DNA of 64,000 bases from Paramoeba atlantica (Eukaryota; Protista; Discosea): positions 62,001-126,000 of the forward strand of contig CDRNVI010000069.1 in assembly GCA_977017575.1 (NCBI GenBank), given 5' to 3'. A program made the translations under genes and the position numbers. The notes below the pieces were generated by a model. It was not told the DNA's origin, ran no database searches, and worked only from the letters and a program-made list of their open reading frames with translations. This document shows, piece by piece, positions 10,152 to 21,700 of this stretch. How positions within the stretch are numbered: position 1 is the first letter of the stretch; every line of letters starts with the position of its first letter.

Positions 10152-10315
10152 CCGTGTCCCCTTATTTAGTGTTTAAATTTTAGCTTCGCAGATATACAGT
10201 AACTCTGTTGTAGGTGCCGCGAGGCGGCGTCGAAAAATTGTACGCCTCTATTTTATCTCCTCTACTTAGTGATAATTTTTGCTCAATTCCACTAGACACT
10301 AAATAGGGGAGACGG
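10152..10315. mobile_element. pogo-like MITE (CCGT termini, TA flanks)
   Basis: TA|CCGTGTCCCCTTATTTAGTGT ... ACACTAAATAGGG..AGACGG|TA; internal GCCGCGAGGCGGC hairpin. Confidence 0.75.
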
Positions 10316-10397
10316 TAATATTTCCGCGGACTGTACACTTTTAATTGACGAGACATGTGCTGGGTAGCATTAGCTCTTGATAACCCTAAAATGAGAC

Positions 10398-11189
10398 TTA
10401 TTCCGGCACTCTCTTCCACCCGCGGTCGAGTTCAGAATACTCAAAACAGTTGGATAGTTTAGTTTTCCATGCATTAGGTTCCAATCTTATAATTTCAAGA
10501 CTTTGGGGAGGATTCCTCAAATCCGCAACGCCCGAAAATTTATTTTGACCCATCTCCAAAAACCAAAGTCCTTCGTGTAGAAAAGAGAAATCAACCTCAC
10601 CACTCAGCTCATTACGGCTAATATCAATTTGCACAAGAGAGCGTGGCAGAGCGCTCAAATTCACTGTCCCCGTAAATCGATTTGAACCAAGCAGCAAGGA
10701 AACCATTCCGTGGGGTAAGTGGGTCAAAACCAGAGGACCCATAAATGAATTCCGTCGCACCTCCAATTCCTTTAGCGTTGCCGGTAGCGCGTCAAGTTCA
10801 AGTCTTCCCGACACATAATTGCTGTAGCCGTCGAACACAGCAAGGCCGAGAGGCAGCAATGAGGTGTCAAGAGTTCCAGTAATCGCATTAGTCGAGAAAC
10901 GCATCTGCACTGTGTTTACAGGCAAATATTCCCACTTCAAAAAACCCTGCAATAAACATGGATTAGAACTGCGATTGGAATACAAGGTATCCCAATGAAT
11001 ACTTAGAGTTTTTAGGTCTCGTTCACAGCTCACGCCTTCCCATTGACATCCAGGTGTGGACGACGTCCATGATTCGTGTGGATTCTCGATACCGGAGATC
11101 AAACGTGTAAGTTGAATTTCTAATGGTAACACTGAACGGCAGATTTTACCTCTATGAACGAGATCTGTCATAAAAGATATTTTGTGCAT
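10398..11189 (-). CDS. Small plant-specific-type LRR protein
   Basis: HRGKICRSVLP..W..STPGCQWEGVSC plus about 6 24-aa LRRs. Confidence 0.9.
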   Translation of the reverse strand: MHKISFMTDLVHRGKICRSVLPLEIQLTRLISGIENPHESWTSSTPGCQWEGVSCERDLKTLSIHWDTLYSNRSSNPCLLQGFLKWEYLPVNTVQMRFSTNAITGTLDTSLLPLGLAVFDGYSNYVSGRLELDALPATLKELEVRRNSFMGPLVLTHLPHGMVSLLLGSNRFTGTVNLSALPRSLVQIDISRNELSGEVDFSFLHEGLWFLEMGQNKFSGVADLRNPPQSLEIIRLEPNAWKTKLSNCFEYSELDRGWKRVPE

Positions 11190-11479
11190 AAAGATGCGTA
11201 ATTTAGCATAATATTAGATAGCAATTAAACGCCTGTGTAGTTTACTGTGTCTTCCTGGCAGAGTAACTGGGTATAAAGATTTCTTCTTTAGAGGGTTGAA
11301 ACATCCCCATCCGCACCCAGTGCATCTTCAACAACAAAGACTTAACGAAAATTGGAAGATCCAGAAGGAACACGTTCGGGGAGACACTCCGGGAGAGAGA
11401 TGATTTTTTTTCAGCCAATTTTTATGAGAGCTTCACAATGCGCGTTTTTTGCTGAATGCGTCGGTCTGAAACTCTATAC

Positions 11480-11573
11480 CGAAAGCGTTTCTATCCTATA
11501 CTATAAGACCGAGGCTAAAATTACGCAAAAATTGCTAATTTTAGACCCCCCCAGCATCTGATTTGCACCCCTG
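11480..11573. mobile_element. Solo Tc1-like terminal repeat
   Basis: TTTTAGACCCCCCCAGCATCTGATTTGCACCCCTG|TA resembles the TIR of 27119-28677. Confidence 0.7.
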
Positions 11574-11619
11574 TATATTTTAGAGAAGAATTCCCATTTT
11601 GTCACTTTTTCGCCTTTCA

Positions 11620-11757
11620 ATCTTACAGACTTCTTAAGGCGTGAGTCAAAACTTAAGACCTATTGTAAACTTAAGACTTGCTGTCGAGACTTACTGTTCT
11701 CACATTTTGAGAAAAACAAGACTACTTTTTGCGTACACATCGGATGAGTGAAGGCCA
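11620..11757. repeat. Dispersed repeat shared with about 30770-30886
   Basis: CGCCTTTCAATCTTA..GGCGTGAGTCAAAACTTAA..CACATTTTGAGA..GCGTACA.ATCGGATGAGTGAAGGC occurs at both loci. Confidence 0.7.
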
Positions 11758-11879
11758 CAGGCAGGTAATCCAACAATTCTGATTACAAATGAGCGTAATA
11801 CTCACACTTCTTTAGATATCCACGTAAAGGAGAAAAGGGGACAAACTGAGCTAACTATATATGAAAAGCGCGAATATGA

Positions 11880-12920
11880 AAAGCGCGAAATCTGTCTATC
11901 GACTCTCTCGGTAAAAAGAATCCGAGAAAAATACGGAATATCGCGAAGCGGAGTATATGAAATCCGTAGCCACGGTATCAGCTACTTTCAGAAACTCATT
12001 GATCGTTCCATGGGGAACAACCACAGGAATCGTGCTTTCAACGTCCGAGGAGGCGACTACAATGATCCCGAAGCAGTCCACTACAATAAGTCTGAGGCAA
12101 TGGAACGGGTACACGGCTCGTGCGTTCAAGCCTCCTCGTTATGGTGCCCCCTCACCAGAAATAGAGTCATCGACATGATCCGACAAAATACGGGATTGAC
12201 TTCAATAAGTGCTTTGGAAGATACCTGTGCGAAGTTCAGACGGTACTATGGTTGGGTTTGGCGGCGGTGGGGCAGAATACAGTGCTTAGCTCCCGCTGAT
12301 GTGAACTTCCGAATTTCTCGTTGGACTGAAAAGCTCTACGTTCAAAACACTGTTCGTTGCTGTTCGTTCCTGTTTCGCTCTTTTCGGGGATGAAACCGCC
12401 ATGTTCGTCAATGGAGAGGTGCAAGGGTACACACTTGCTCCGATAGGGTGCCCGCAACCTAAAGTAGTGGACACAAATCCAAAGGAAACTGTAACGGCAT
12501 TTCTTGCCGGCGTCTATGATTTCGGGGCCGACGAAGTTTACCCGCTCCACCTTACATTTTTTGAACAGCATCATGATTCACATGCTTCCGCTGATAAGTT
12601 TCTCTGCGGAGATGAAGATTAAATACGCCACAGTGCCATAACAGCAACCAATGACGAATGAATACAGACTCCATTTGGTAAACAATCTCTGTGACTTGCT
12701 TTTTTTAGTTCCTGCCGAGAACACGCTCACACGTAAAAATATCGCAAAAACGTGGCGACCATGCGTTCCCGGTACTCTATCTTATCGTCCTGCCCTCACT
12801 GAAGAGACTCAAGATGAGCAAATAATTGACACCCAAGATTGTTTAGGGCAACTAATGCTTCATGCAGACAATGACCGAAGGGACATAAACGCAGAGGGGT
12901 GGGGTCAGTCCGTAGCGTAA
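11880..12920 (+). mobile_element. pogo/Tc5-family transposase pseudogene
   Basis: HTH-like LSVKRIREKYGISRSGVYEIRS; CENP-B-like CPLTRNRVIDMIRQ..KFRRYYGW; after a frameshift LFGDETAMF..TLAPIG..KETVTAFLAG (first catalytic Asp region). Confidence 0.6.
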
Positions 12921-13289
12921 GCTGATACTTTCGAATTGTAAATTTGGGAAGGACTGTCATTTTATCTTGTGCTAAGTTTACGCCTTTTTTTTCCGTGAGC
13001 TCTTAACGCTTGTCTTGTTTTTCCCCGTCGTGAATGTAATTTCTTTCTTTCCATCCTTAGTTTATTTGTGTGAAACTTTATATGAGTAGGAAACCAAAGC
13101 CTTTTGGGCTCAATTTTTATGTTAGAACACCTATGATTTAACTGAATGGAACCGTTATAGCTACATGGAATATAAGCTGAATGTGAGCATGCATGATTTG
13201 TTTCTTGTTGTTAATTGTTTATTCCTAATTATAGTGTACATCAATAATGTACAGTGGTTTCAAGATGTCTCTTCCCATCATATGAGCAC

Positions 13290-13435
13290 TAGGGGGTCCC
13301 TATGAAAAAAAGGTACCAAAGCGCTTCACTAGGCGAACGAGATCTCTCGTTTGCAACAAAAATGAGCAAAAACGGACAAAAAAACTCAAAATTGAGGGAA
13401 GTTCAATTGAAACCACTGTATATCCTCCATGTGCC
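13290..13435. repeat. End fragment of the Tc1-like family seen at 43670-44999
   Basis: GGGGGTCCCTA.GAAAAAAAGG..AAAGC..CTAGG..CGAGATCTCTC..ATGAGCAAAAAC is the reverse complement of about 43715-43810. Confidence 0.55.
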
Positions 13436-13746
13436 CCTTCACCCCTATGAACAAGTGCCCCTTCACCCCTCCTTGACGCCCTCCTCTCCTGCCCTCTTCC
13501 TCTACCATCCTCGCCCGCCCTCCTGGCCATGTATTTTACAGTTTAATTTTTTTTGTCGTGTTATGAGTAAACACGGCGCGGCGAAGCGGCGCCAATTTTT
13601 TTTCATACCTTTTCATCACCCCCCCCCCCCCCCTCCCCCCTTTTTTTATTATTATGGACAAAATCCGAAAAAGTGTCCATAATAAAGTGGGGTTCACAGT
13701 ATGTTATCGTGTAGGGGAGACAAACTCAACCGTTACCTTGCTCAGT

Positions 13747-14554
13747 TTATTTTTTTCCGAGGCGAACATTCGTTTTTTCCACTTGGACGTCCAGTATGTC
13801 AATATCCGGGCCAATCTCACCACAGAGGTCTTCGTTGCTGTGTATCCAGAACTGTCGCATTCCTTTAGGAAGGCTGTCAAACCTTGCTACGCCAGAGAAG
13901 CCATTCTTAGAGACATCGAATACTTGAAGATATGGTGGCAAATTCTGTAACTGAAGAGTTCCGGTAAATTTATTCCCAGATAAGTCTAATTTTAACATGT
14001 AACGCGGAAGGTAAGAAAAGTCTACCCCACCGGAAAGAATGTTCCGAGACACAAAGAGCTCTTTCAGATTGTCCGGCAGATGGGTCAGATCCACACCTTC
14101 TTCAAACTGATTGTGCTGCAGGCGCAGGAAAGCGAGAGTCTTCGGTAAATGCCGTAGATCTAACCCACCATTCAAAAGGTTGTTTTCTGCATTTGAAGTG
14201 CATAAGATGGAATGGCAAGCTAGCAAGATCCAAAGTTCCGGTAAGCCGATTCCCCATCACATTGCAATACTGCACCGTGTGGGGTAGACTGTTCCAGTGC
14301 AACTCTCCACCAAGGCACGTCCCACTACTAGGCCAGTAAATCCGAACAACTTCTCCGTGTTCATTACAATAAATGTTTTTCCAAGTGCACGCCGATACGC
14401 GCTTAACACGCCCGAAGAAAGGTCTTTTAGTCGTACGCCACGAGGCATGCTTTACGGTTATGTTTGAAATAAAATGCTCAAGCATATCTTCTTGGGACAG
14501 CAACATTGAGGACACCTTCCCACGACGATCAGAGCCATCATCCATACCGTGCAA
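13747..14554 (-). pseudogene. LRR family gene with a +1 frameshift
   Basis: Two overlapping ORFs (14102-14554, 13747-14226) join if one A is removed at about 14193 (TTC AAA TGC -> TTC AAT GCA, FNAENNLLNG); could be a homopolymer sequencing error. Confidence 0.8.
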
Positions 14555-14779
14555 GCTTTTCTATTCGCTTTTAAAAAAGGTAATTTTAGCCCTATGTCAC
14601 ATTCTGTGCCCCCAAAAACAGAAAACTTTGGCAAAACACTTTTCTATGGGACATAAGAGGACTGAAACTAGAGATTTACGATCCCGGCCGATCCCACCGG
14701 TCCTGGTTGAATTTACGTGGAAGAAAAGACTTGGTGAAAACGCGAGGTCTAGAAATTCGGCGAAAGAAATAGCGACTGT

Positions 14780-15000
14780 TGTTTTACGGAAACTCATTCA
14801 ATTGGTAAAAATCAAAAACAATGTTCATATGAAGGTAGGAGAAACTAAAGGCCCCCTAAGTCTCCTGATCTCAACCCCATCGAAAATATTTGGGGACAAA
14901 TTGAATCACACAAAAATACTAAATGTCCCAAAAATAGGGGGGAATTTGCGTGATGCAATACATTCAGGGATTGAATTGTTGAAAATATTTTGTTGAAGGA
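14780..15000 (+). mobile_element. Tc1-like transposase C-terminal remnant
   Basis: Encodes PKSPDLNPIENIWGQIE. Confidence 0.75.
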
Positions 15001-15127
15001 CTTTCCCCCCCTCTAAAAGCCCGTACAGTTCTGTTTAACAAGTAAATTACTACTTAACAAGCAAGGTTGATACGAGCAAAGTTGTACATACGATCATTGT
15101 CGTTTTAGTATCGTTCTCCATTTTTTT

Positions 15128-15226
15128 TAGGCTCTTCGTTAAACGCGGCAGTAGTTCTCAAGGCGAAGCGCGCAGCAGTGGTGTCATCTAAGTTGAAAAC
15201 AACCACTACTTTCAACGAAGAGCCTA
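15128..15226. mobile_element. Isolated family X terminal hairpin (X3)
   Basis: TAGGCTCTTCGTTAAACGCGG...CAACGAAGAGCCTA. Confidence 0.85.
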
Positions 15227-15474
15227 AAAAAGAATAAAAAGTGGTAGAAAAAAGGTCAAAGTAGTAAAAAATACAGTATCTTAAGAAGCTACTCAAGCGC
15301 CGATCCCGCCCGATCCCGCCTGATAAGTGACAGTGTCCTCCAGGTTTCAGCCCTCTAAATCTCCCAAATGCAACAAAAATGAGTAAAAGCGAATAAAAAA
15401 GCTTTGCTAAATTTAAAATTTTCTAAGTAGAAGATTAGTACATCGAATAAAGTGCGCAGTGCGTAATATTTGTT

Positions 15475-16443
15475 TTACGGTTTCTGTGGACCTCTGAAAT
15501 CAAATCTAGGTAATTTATACCGTGTAGAAGGATTTTTTCGCCTCTCTCCGTCTTTGATCATTACTATATTCGTTCCTGAAGTGTCAATTCTTGTAATCGG
15601 TGAAGTTTTCCTTAGTGATTCCGGTAGTTCGAGATACGTAACTTCTCCAATAAGATTTAAGTTGTTGCTCACCCATAAATATTCTAAGCACTGCGGAAGC
15701 ATGTCAAAAGACACCAAACCTGAAAAGCAGTTATGGTCCAAAAACAGGCGTTCTAGTAACTGAGGCAAGTGCGTTAAATTTAAGGGACCATTTAACTCAT
15801 TGTCAGATAACTTAAGATAAACCATGTTCAATGGCAAATCCGTGAGACTTATGCCTCCAGAAAAAGTATTTTCAGCAATGGATAAGCGTTCCAATTCTTT
15901 GGGCAAACAGCTGAGGTTTATGTCTCCTACAAATTGATTATCATCAAGAATCACCTTTCGCGAATTCACGGGGAGATCCTGCAACTCAACTTTTCCCCTT
16001 AGACAGTTAGAATCCGTATCTAGCTGTATCAGAAGGGGTGGTAACGTGAGAAGTGGTAGCCCACCTGTAAGTCTATTGAGTCTCACGTTTAGGAACTTTA
16101 AAGAACGAGGGAGCATTTCCCAATTAAGAGCCCCTGAAAAACTTTGTGAAGGCATGTGTATGCCAGTGACACGTTTTTCCAGATCGCAGTGTACCCCTTT
16201 CCACTGACACACGGGCGTGAGTGTATTCCAATCGGGCGGTACAACATCGAGTTCTTTGATGAGCTGCATCAGCTCATATTCCGGTGGTAGATTAGCTCCC
16301 CGAACCTTGCTCGGTAGTCTGCGCATCGCAGTGGCGTTGGTGTCGTCGGCAGCGCGGAACACAAAGGCTTCTATGATGTGCATCATAAGTTCACACGGAT
16401 TATTTAAATATTTTGACAGGAGACGAAAAAGAAAAAAATACAC
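15475..16443 (-). CDS. Small plant-specific-type LRR protein
   Basis: LPSKVRGANLPPEYEL..W..TPVCQWKGVHC plus about 7 LRRs. Confidence 0.92.
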   Translation of the reverse strand: MYFFLFRLLSKYLNNPCELMMHIIEAFVFRAADDTNATAMRRLPSKVRGANLPPEYELMQLIKELDVVPPDWNTLTPVCQWKGVHCDLEKRVTGIHMPSQSFSGALNWEMLPRSLKFLNVRLNRLTGGLPLLTLPPLLIQLDTDSNCLRGKVELQDLPVNSRKVILDDNQFVGDINLSCLPKELERLSIAENTFSGGISLTDLPLNMVYLKLSDNELNGPLNLTHLPQLLERLFLDHNCFSGLVSFDMLPQCLEYLWVSNNLNLIGEVTYLELPESLRKTSPITRIDTSGTNIVMIKDGERRKNPSTRYKLPRFDFRGPQKP

Positions 16444-16646
16444 TGCTTTGTAGTGCTTATGCTAATTCAACGTACTAAATGCCGTAAATCCTACACTGCG
16501 GTGTATTTACGCTCCACCACAACCATGAAGAAAACACTATAGAAAACTACGATTGCAAGAAATGTTTGTTTCTTTTCTCTGAGTCTCTATAACCCATTGA
16601 TACGTGTTGCCCCCCCTCTCCTCCTCTCCCCGAAAAAACAAGAACC

Positions 16647-17987
16647 CTACCCCCTCTTCGTCGGTACCTCTTCCGACAAACCACCACTCTCCTCCCCACC
16701 CCCTCCTTGCGGTACCGCAAACACCCTATAGGGTTTATAAAAATCCCGAAACGGGAACGGGGTAGCAAAGGCACCCACTCTTTTCCCGTTATTGTTATTA
16801 TCGCTGTGTTGTGCGCTCTCCGGGTTCCCGCTGTCCCCTCCCCCCGTGCCCCCTGGCTCCCGGAGCACCACCTCCGTGACGTGCATCATGACACGGGGGT
16901 GGCACAACAGGGGGACACGGAACACACTGTGGAGCATCCGGTCCAGGTGGGGGGGTAGGGCCCCCTTGTAGGGGTGGGTGCGTATCTCCACACACAGCAC
17001 CTCCCGGGGAAACGTGAAGGAGAGGGAGGGGGAGGTGGGAGAGGAGAAGTAACCATCCCCGAAGTGAGGAGAGTAAGGGGACGCCGGAGAGGTCGTGTTT
17101 CCTTCTGTGTTAGGAGAACAAGAGGACTCCGAAGAGATCTTGTCTCTTTTTGTATTAGGAGAACAAGAGGACTCCGGAGAGGTCTTGTTTCCTTCTGTAT
17201 TAGGAGAATAAGAGGACTCCAGAGAGGCCTCGTTTTGATGAGGAGAAGAAGAGGACTCCGGAGAGGTATTAATTTTATTATTACTGTTGTTGTAGTAATA
17301 ATTTTCATTGTGATAAAGATAAACATTGTGATTGTACTGTACATTCTGGTTGTCATTGTTGTTTTTGTGTTGTATGTAGGTGAGAGGTGTTCCCTCGCCC
17401 ATGCTATGGGCTCGCACAAGGGAGAGCCCTGCGGGGCTGAATATTTGTTGCCACGAGCGAAGAGTGTCGTGGAAACGGGGAAGGTATGGAAGAAGGGCAT
17501 GGAGGGTAAGTCGGGGTGGGGGTGAGGAAATAGGTGAGAAATGTTGAAAGTTTGCATCGGAAACCAAACGGGGGAAGGCAGACGGGTCGCTGCTTTTCAG
17601 ATCCATACTGGAGGATGGGGTCACGGTGCAGGAGATGACGCCACTGAGCGAGTAAGGGATTTCATAATCCACGTGGGCCAGCAGAGCGGTACCTTGTGTG
17701 GGAGACCGACGTGAGAGCTCTTGTTCGATAAAGTGTACCATTGAGGGACGTAACGGAGGGTAGACGCTATGATGACGGTTACATAGAATGGGTTTTACGA
17801 AAGCCCAGTGAGGGGGATCCCAGGAAAGGGTACGATAACACTGTGAGCAGCTCAGAAAAGGAATTAAAGTGGAAGGAGGTAGAACTGTGTGGGCGACACG
17901 GAGACGTTTCATTTGTTCTACGCAAAGCTGTGTTTTTGTCTCGGATTGCTTTTTGAGAACATCTTGAAGGGCACGTGGAGGTTTCAT
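16647..17987 (-). CDS. Hypothetical protein with Asn-rich tract and 15-aa Ser/Pro repeats
   Basis: 446-aa ORF; SPESSCSPNTEGNKT-like unit about 4 times (45-bp repeat, about 17080-17265). Confidence 0.65.
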   Translation of the reverse strand: MKPPRALQDVLKKQSETKTQLCVEQMKRLRVAHTVLPPSTLIPFLSCSQCYRTLSWDPPHWAFVKPILCNRHHSVYPPLRPSMVHFIEQELSRRSPTQGTALLAHVDYEIPYSLSGVISCTVTPSSSMDLKSSDPSAFPRLVSDANFQHFSPISSPPPRLTLHALLPYLPRFHDTLRSWQQIFSPAGLSLVRAHSMGEGTPLTYIQHKNNNDNQNVQYNHNVYLYHNENYYYNNSNNKINTSPESSSSPHQNEASLESSYSPNTEGNKTSPESSCSPNTKRDKISSESSCSPNTEGNTTSPASPYSPHFGDGYFSSPTSPSLSFTFPREVLCVEIRTHPYKGALPPHLDRMLHSVFRVPLLCHPRVMMHVTEVVLREPGGTGGGDSGNPESAQHSDNNNNGKRVGAFATPFPFRDFYKPYRVFAVPQGGGGEESGGLSEEVPTKRG

Positions 17988-18299
17988 TCGTGAGTTTGTA
18001 AGTATAGTTTAAGATATAAATATTTATTGCAGGGTTTGCACAAACTATTAAACTATCAATATACAATGAAGTACTATATACACTGCCGACTAATATTACT
18101 GTGCCCCGGCACTTATAGTGCCGCGGGGTACCCCCCCACTTATAGTGCCGTTTCGAAAAAAAATGTCCGAGAAAAAATGACCAAATTTTTTGACCAAAAA
18201 GTAGAGCAAATACGGTGTAAATTTCTAATATATTCGTGTATGGAAATAATTGAAACTTTATTATTAGTTCCCTTCATCAGTTGGACACTATGAAGATTT

Positions 18300-18560
18300 A
18301 GATGGCAGCGGATGACACTGGGTGGCAATTTCGTAATGGTTTACCCAAACTAAAATTTGTGGAACGGTTTGCGCACATCTGAAAAAAAGTAAGGATGTAA
18401 TCGAGAGAATCATTTTCTGCAACTTCCGTGCTTACATCGCCTCCAACAAATACTAAATGCAGAGTCACGAACTTTGCCACCCTCGTGATGGTGAGGACAT
18501 TTCTCTTCGGTCACGCGCCATGCTTCCAAAATCTTCAAAAGTTTTTCGTATGTCATCATC
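18300..18560 (-). mobile_element. Possible degenerate pogo-like transposase fragment
   Basis: Weak motifs (SRGWQS; LTFFQMCANRSTNFSLGKPL) next to a MITE-type terminus CCCCCCCACTTATAGTGCCG at about 18133. Confidence 0.3.
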
Positions 18561-18739
18561 ATGCTTCCAGTTTAGGAACTGTATTATTAAAAGCTGTATT
18601 ATTAGGAACTGTAGTATTAAAAGCAACGGTGCTTCTTTTTTTCAATCACGCATCAATCGCGGCCTCAAAGGAAGAAAGCGCCAGAGAAGCTTTAACAAAG
18701 AGAGAAAGGCAATTTTAAGAAAAGTGCACCTTAAATACA

Positions 18740-21700
18740 TAGCTGTCATTCGACGTCGAAAATTGCAATTCGACGTCTTCGAATGTCTTTCGACGTCGAA
18801 AAAATGGGTCTTTCGACGTCGAACGAAGGAAAAAAAATGGGGGATTCTTGTGTTTATGTGCAGCACTTGAAAAAATGTTTCGATCGACGGATTCTTTTCA
18901 CTACAGTAATTTGCTATGGTATTCGGACGAATAGATGACTACCAGAGAATAAGAAAGTAGCAACGTATGGTTGTCGTCAGGTTGTTCGTCAGACCGCTAG
19001 GAAGTTCTAACCGTGTTAAATGCGTCACCTTTTATTTGAAACATGTTCAAATACGTAATTAATGAAGTTTAATAAAAAGATACGGAAAATTATGACTGTA
19101 CTAGTCATTATCATAGTATAAGCTTATGACGTTTACTGTTGCCGTATAGCTAAGCACAAAATATCTCGCGTTGCAATAATACAAGAAAAATTTAAGTGTG
19201 AGGAAAAAATTTAGCCTTAATGGTCCTGAAGTATGAGACAAAACATGGAAAAAACCCCAGAAAATATCAGTTTCCGAACAATACATGAAACATCCATACA
19301 TAAATAATTATACAGTAATACAATATAACAATATTATAATGGGTTATGAATTTATGACGTATCAGAAAAAAAGCAGACTCGCATCAGGAGCCATTAAGTA
19401 ATTCGGAAGCTTGAAAGAAGTTACACCGAATCCCCATTTCCCGCTGATCCTAACTGTTCCAAATTGTCAAGATACCCGAGTTTGTCGTAGTTCCCCCGTA
19501 ACAGCATAGAGTTTTGTACTGTTTGAGTGCCCATGGATGATTGACGGGAGTTGTACTTGGTGTTCATAACCGACATCCAAGAATCACATTTCGTCACTAA
19601 AGGGGGTACCCATAAATAATGTATCGCCGCTTGATGTATACCTGGGTATTTGTAGACTCCAACTGTTTGCCACCAATGCAATTCGCACTTGTGCACTCGC
19701 GAATCCCATTCGTAGTCGACGCAATTCACATATTCATTCCATTCATTTTCCGTAATTTGAAAAATGGGAGAACCGCCTCGAAAAAGGTCGTTAGCACGAC
19801 TGAAATGAATTGGTTCGAGACCGGCTTTCCGGGCGCGTAGTGCAATGAAATCCGGTGCAAACCACATGACGTCTTCCCAATATTTCATATTGTGATGAAC
19901 TGAAAGTCGATTTATGTGATGCTTGAGGGCACATTCAAAAGCTTCACTGCAGCTTCCCACCCGACTAGCCTTCCGTAATCTTTCTAAAGTTGGCCAAACT
20001 CCCGTTGCTAAAGGCGTACCGTCTAAATCCGAAAATTTTTGTAACGCTTTCTGGATAGGAGCTAGTTCTTCGAGAAAATATTTTGCGGAAGTCGCCAGGT
20101 TATCTACCCCTTCCCGAGCAATAAGATCCGCACACTTACGTACAGACTGACAAACTCGGGGGTTTTCCAGTTCTTGCTTCAGGAACGCGACAACAGTAGG
20201 TAACTGAGTAGAAAAGAAGGAAATGCTGCTGAACTTATCATGGCACCAGCGAGTAACTCCCCCTAACTTAGGAGCCGTAATGCCGTGTACATCCTTTGCT
20301 CTACGAACAGCTTCAATTACTTGAGGTCCATACAATGAAAGTGCGTCACGACAGCGAGGAATATTTTCATGCTGAGCGTTCAGTTCCGCCAAAATTATAT
20401 CAGCTTCATCGGGCGCATATTGTTTCAAAATTTGTACGCTGCTGCGAAGCTGACACACCAGCTCTGTCTGATATTCATCGTCCAGTTTATTGCTAGACAG
20501 CCCCCCATACCATTGAGTGAAAAATTGTTCCGCTTTGTTAGTTTCTTCGTCGAAAGATCCAAGAAGAACGTCTAGGGCCACACCACGATACCGCCCCTTC
20601 TTCGTACAGATCTTGTCATGTCCATAAAATGTTTGTCTGAAGAGCTTTTTAAGTTCAAAAAGGGGTGTTTCCTGAAAGGGTTTCATCGCATCCATCGCGA
20701 GGTTATTGAGAAAATGACCAAAGCAAGATAGTAAGGAGACGTGTGGCATCATGTCCACGGCCCGGTTTCCGAAGTTTATCCAGTCCGACTCCCCAATTCT
20801 TTGAACGCGATCATATATTCTTTTTAATTCTCCTTCTGCCTCATCACGGGCCACGTGGTTAACGGCACAGCCATCCACCATTAAAAACCTCATTTTTCGT
20901 ACCAGCGTAATGCCGAGAATAGAATTCAATGTATTAACCAAACTCTCAGCTGTTTCTTTGCCGTTGAATGCCTTCCGCTTCGGATGATACATGGGTGGTA
21001 ATAGATATTGCTCATCTGAAACATACACCACCCCTACTAATACGTGCTCGTTGAGCACGGAATCAACCCCAGCATCCACAGCTACCCCGAAGAAAGGATG
21101 AATATCGATTTTTGAAATCATTTTTTCCCATATTTCGTTGGCCAAGTCCTTCTCCCAATCACGCATGACCCTGTGATTGTTGCCGAGTGCATTGAGAATT
21201 TCTTCAGTATTTGCTCGCTTGGGGCGTAATTCTTCATAGTTACGAAGTAAAGCGTGTGCAGCTTTGCATGACAAGTTCGTCTTTGCCACAAGACAGGGAA
21301 CGCAGCGACGAACAAAAACATTTACACTCATTGAATTGTCGTTCGGGGTCAGTGAAAAAAGTTCCGGTTCGTTTGCGATTCTCTGTCCCTCGCGCACTAA
21401 ACAAGTGTGATTGATATGGTGATAGTAATGGTTGTTATGGAGCGAATGACTCCACCACGGACAGTCGCGACACTTTATGTGAGTCCGCTGGCCCAAGGTA
21501 TTCACGAGATGGGGCCGAGGATATTTCTCGGCGTATTCGCGACACTCTTTGTTTTTCTTCTCCAAATCTTTCGTTCTACCAGGCGGGGTATCCATTCCCA
21601 AGCAGCGTTCACGAAAGAATTTTGTCGAAATACGGGGAAACCGCATTGGGTCCTGTACAAGCTGTTTTCGAACTACTTGCCTTACAGAGCTTGCCTGTTG